This document shows, piece by piece, positions 63,886-64,000 of a stretch of DNA of 64,000 nucleotides (the stretch's first letter is position 1; the number at the start of each line of letters is the position of its first letter). The position numbers and the translations under genes are program-made. The notes beneath the pieces are model-generated. The model searched no databases. It had not been told where the DNA came from and was given only the letters and a program-made list of their open reading frames with translations. This DNA is from Podarcis erhardii (lineage: Eukaryota), in NCBI GenBank assembly GCA_964252035.1, contig OZ176200.1. One strand, 5' to 3'.

Positions 63886-64000
63886 TAAAATGTTGTAAGA
63901 TCTACCAATGAAGTAGGTTAGAATTCAATAGGAGGACTCTTTAATGCCCCTAAGTTATGCTGTTGTCACCTGATCACCCACTCATAAAAAAGGAGTTACC

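Noticed and set aside
49000-64000. Intact PNPLA2 first coding exon (..GCGFLG..GASAG..)
   Set aside because: Not found by eye. It probably lies beyond the window end, so it is not annotated.

Overview
Vertebrate genomic DNA, inferred to be a squamate (probably lacertid lizard) from its Sauria SINEs, CR1/L2 LINE remnants and Penelope-like repeat. It has one 200-N gap (11711-11910). Two spliced genes lie in tandem on the minus strand, in the same order as human 11p15.5. PNPLA2 (ATGL) has 8 coding exons at 48962->36528; its first coding exon, with the GASAG serine, was not found and presumably lies beyond 64000. CRACR2B (EFCAB4A) has a complete 9-exon CDS at 14933->3913 (405 aa) and a CpG-island promoter near 28.2-29.8 kb. 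I reconstructed all exon boundaries by hand, and the phases join without frameshift. The most notable observations are: (1) a perfect 90-bp hairpin from a Penelope-like insertion with a minimal hammerhead-ribozyme motif on each strand, in a PNPLA2 intron; (2) a chain of stop-start uORFs before the CRACR2B ATG; (3) a GC-AG intron and a candidate poison exon in PNPLA2; (4) a SINE with a perfect 48-bp target-site duplication; (5) an internal splice donor that could remove the C-terminal Cys cluster of CRACR2B. No searches or folding programs were run. Repeat family names come from recalled consensus features, and most repeat boundaries are approximate.
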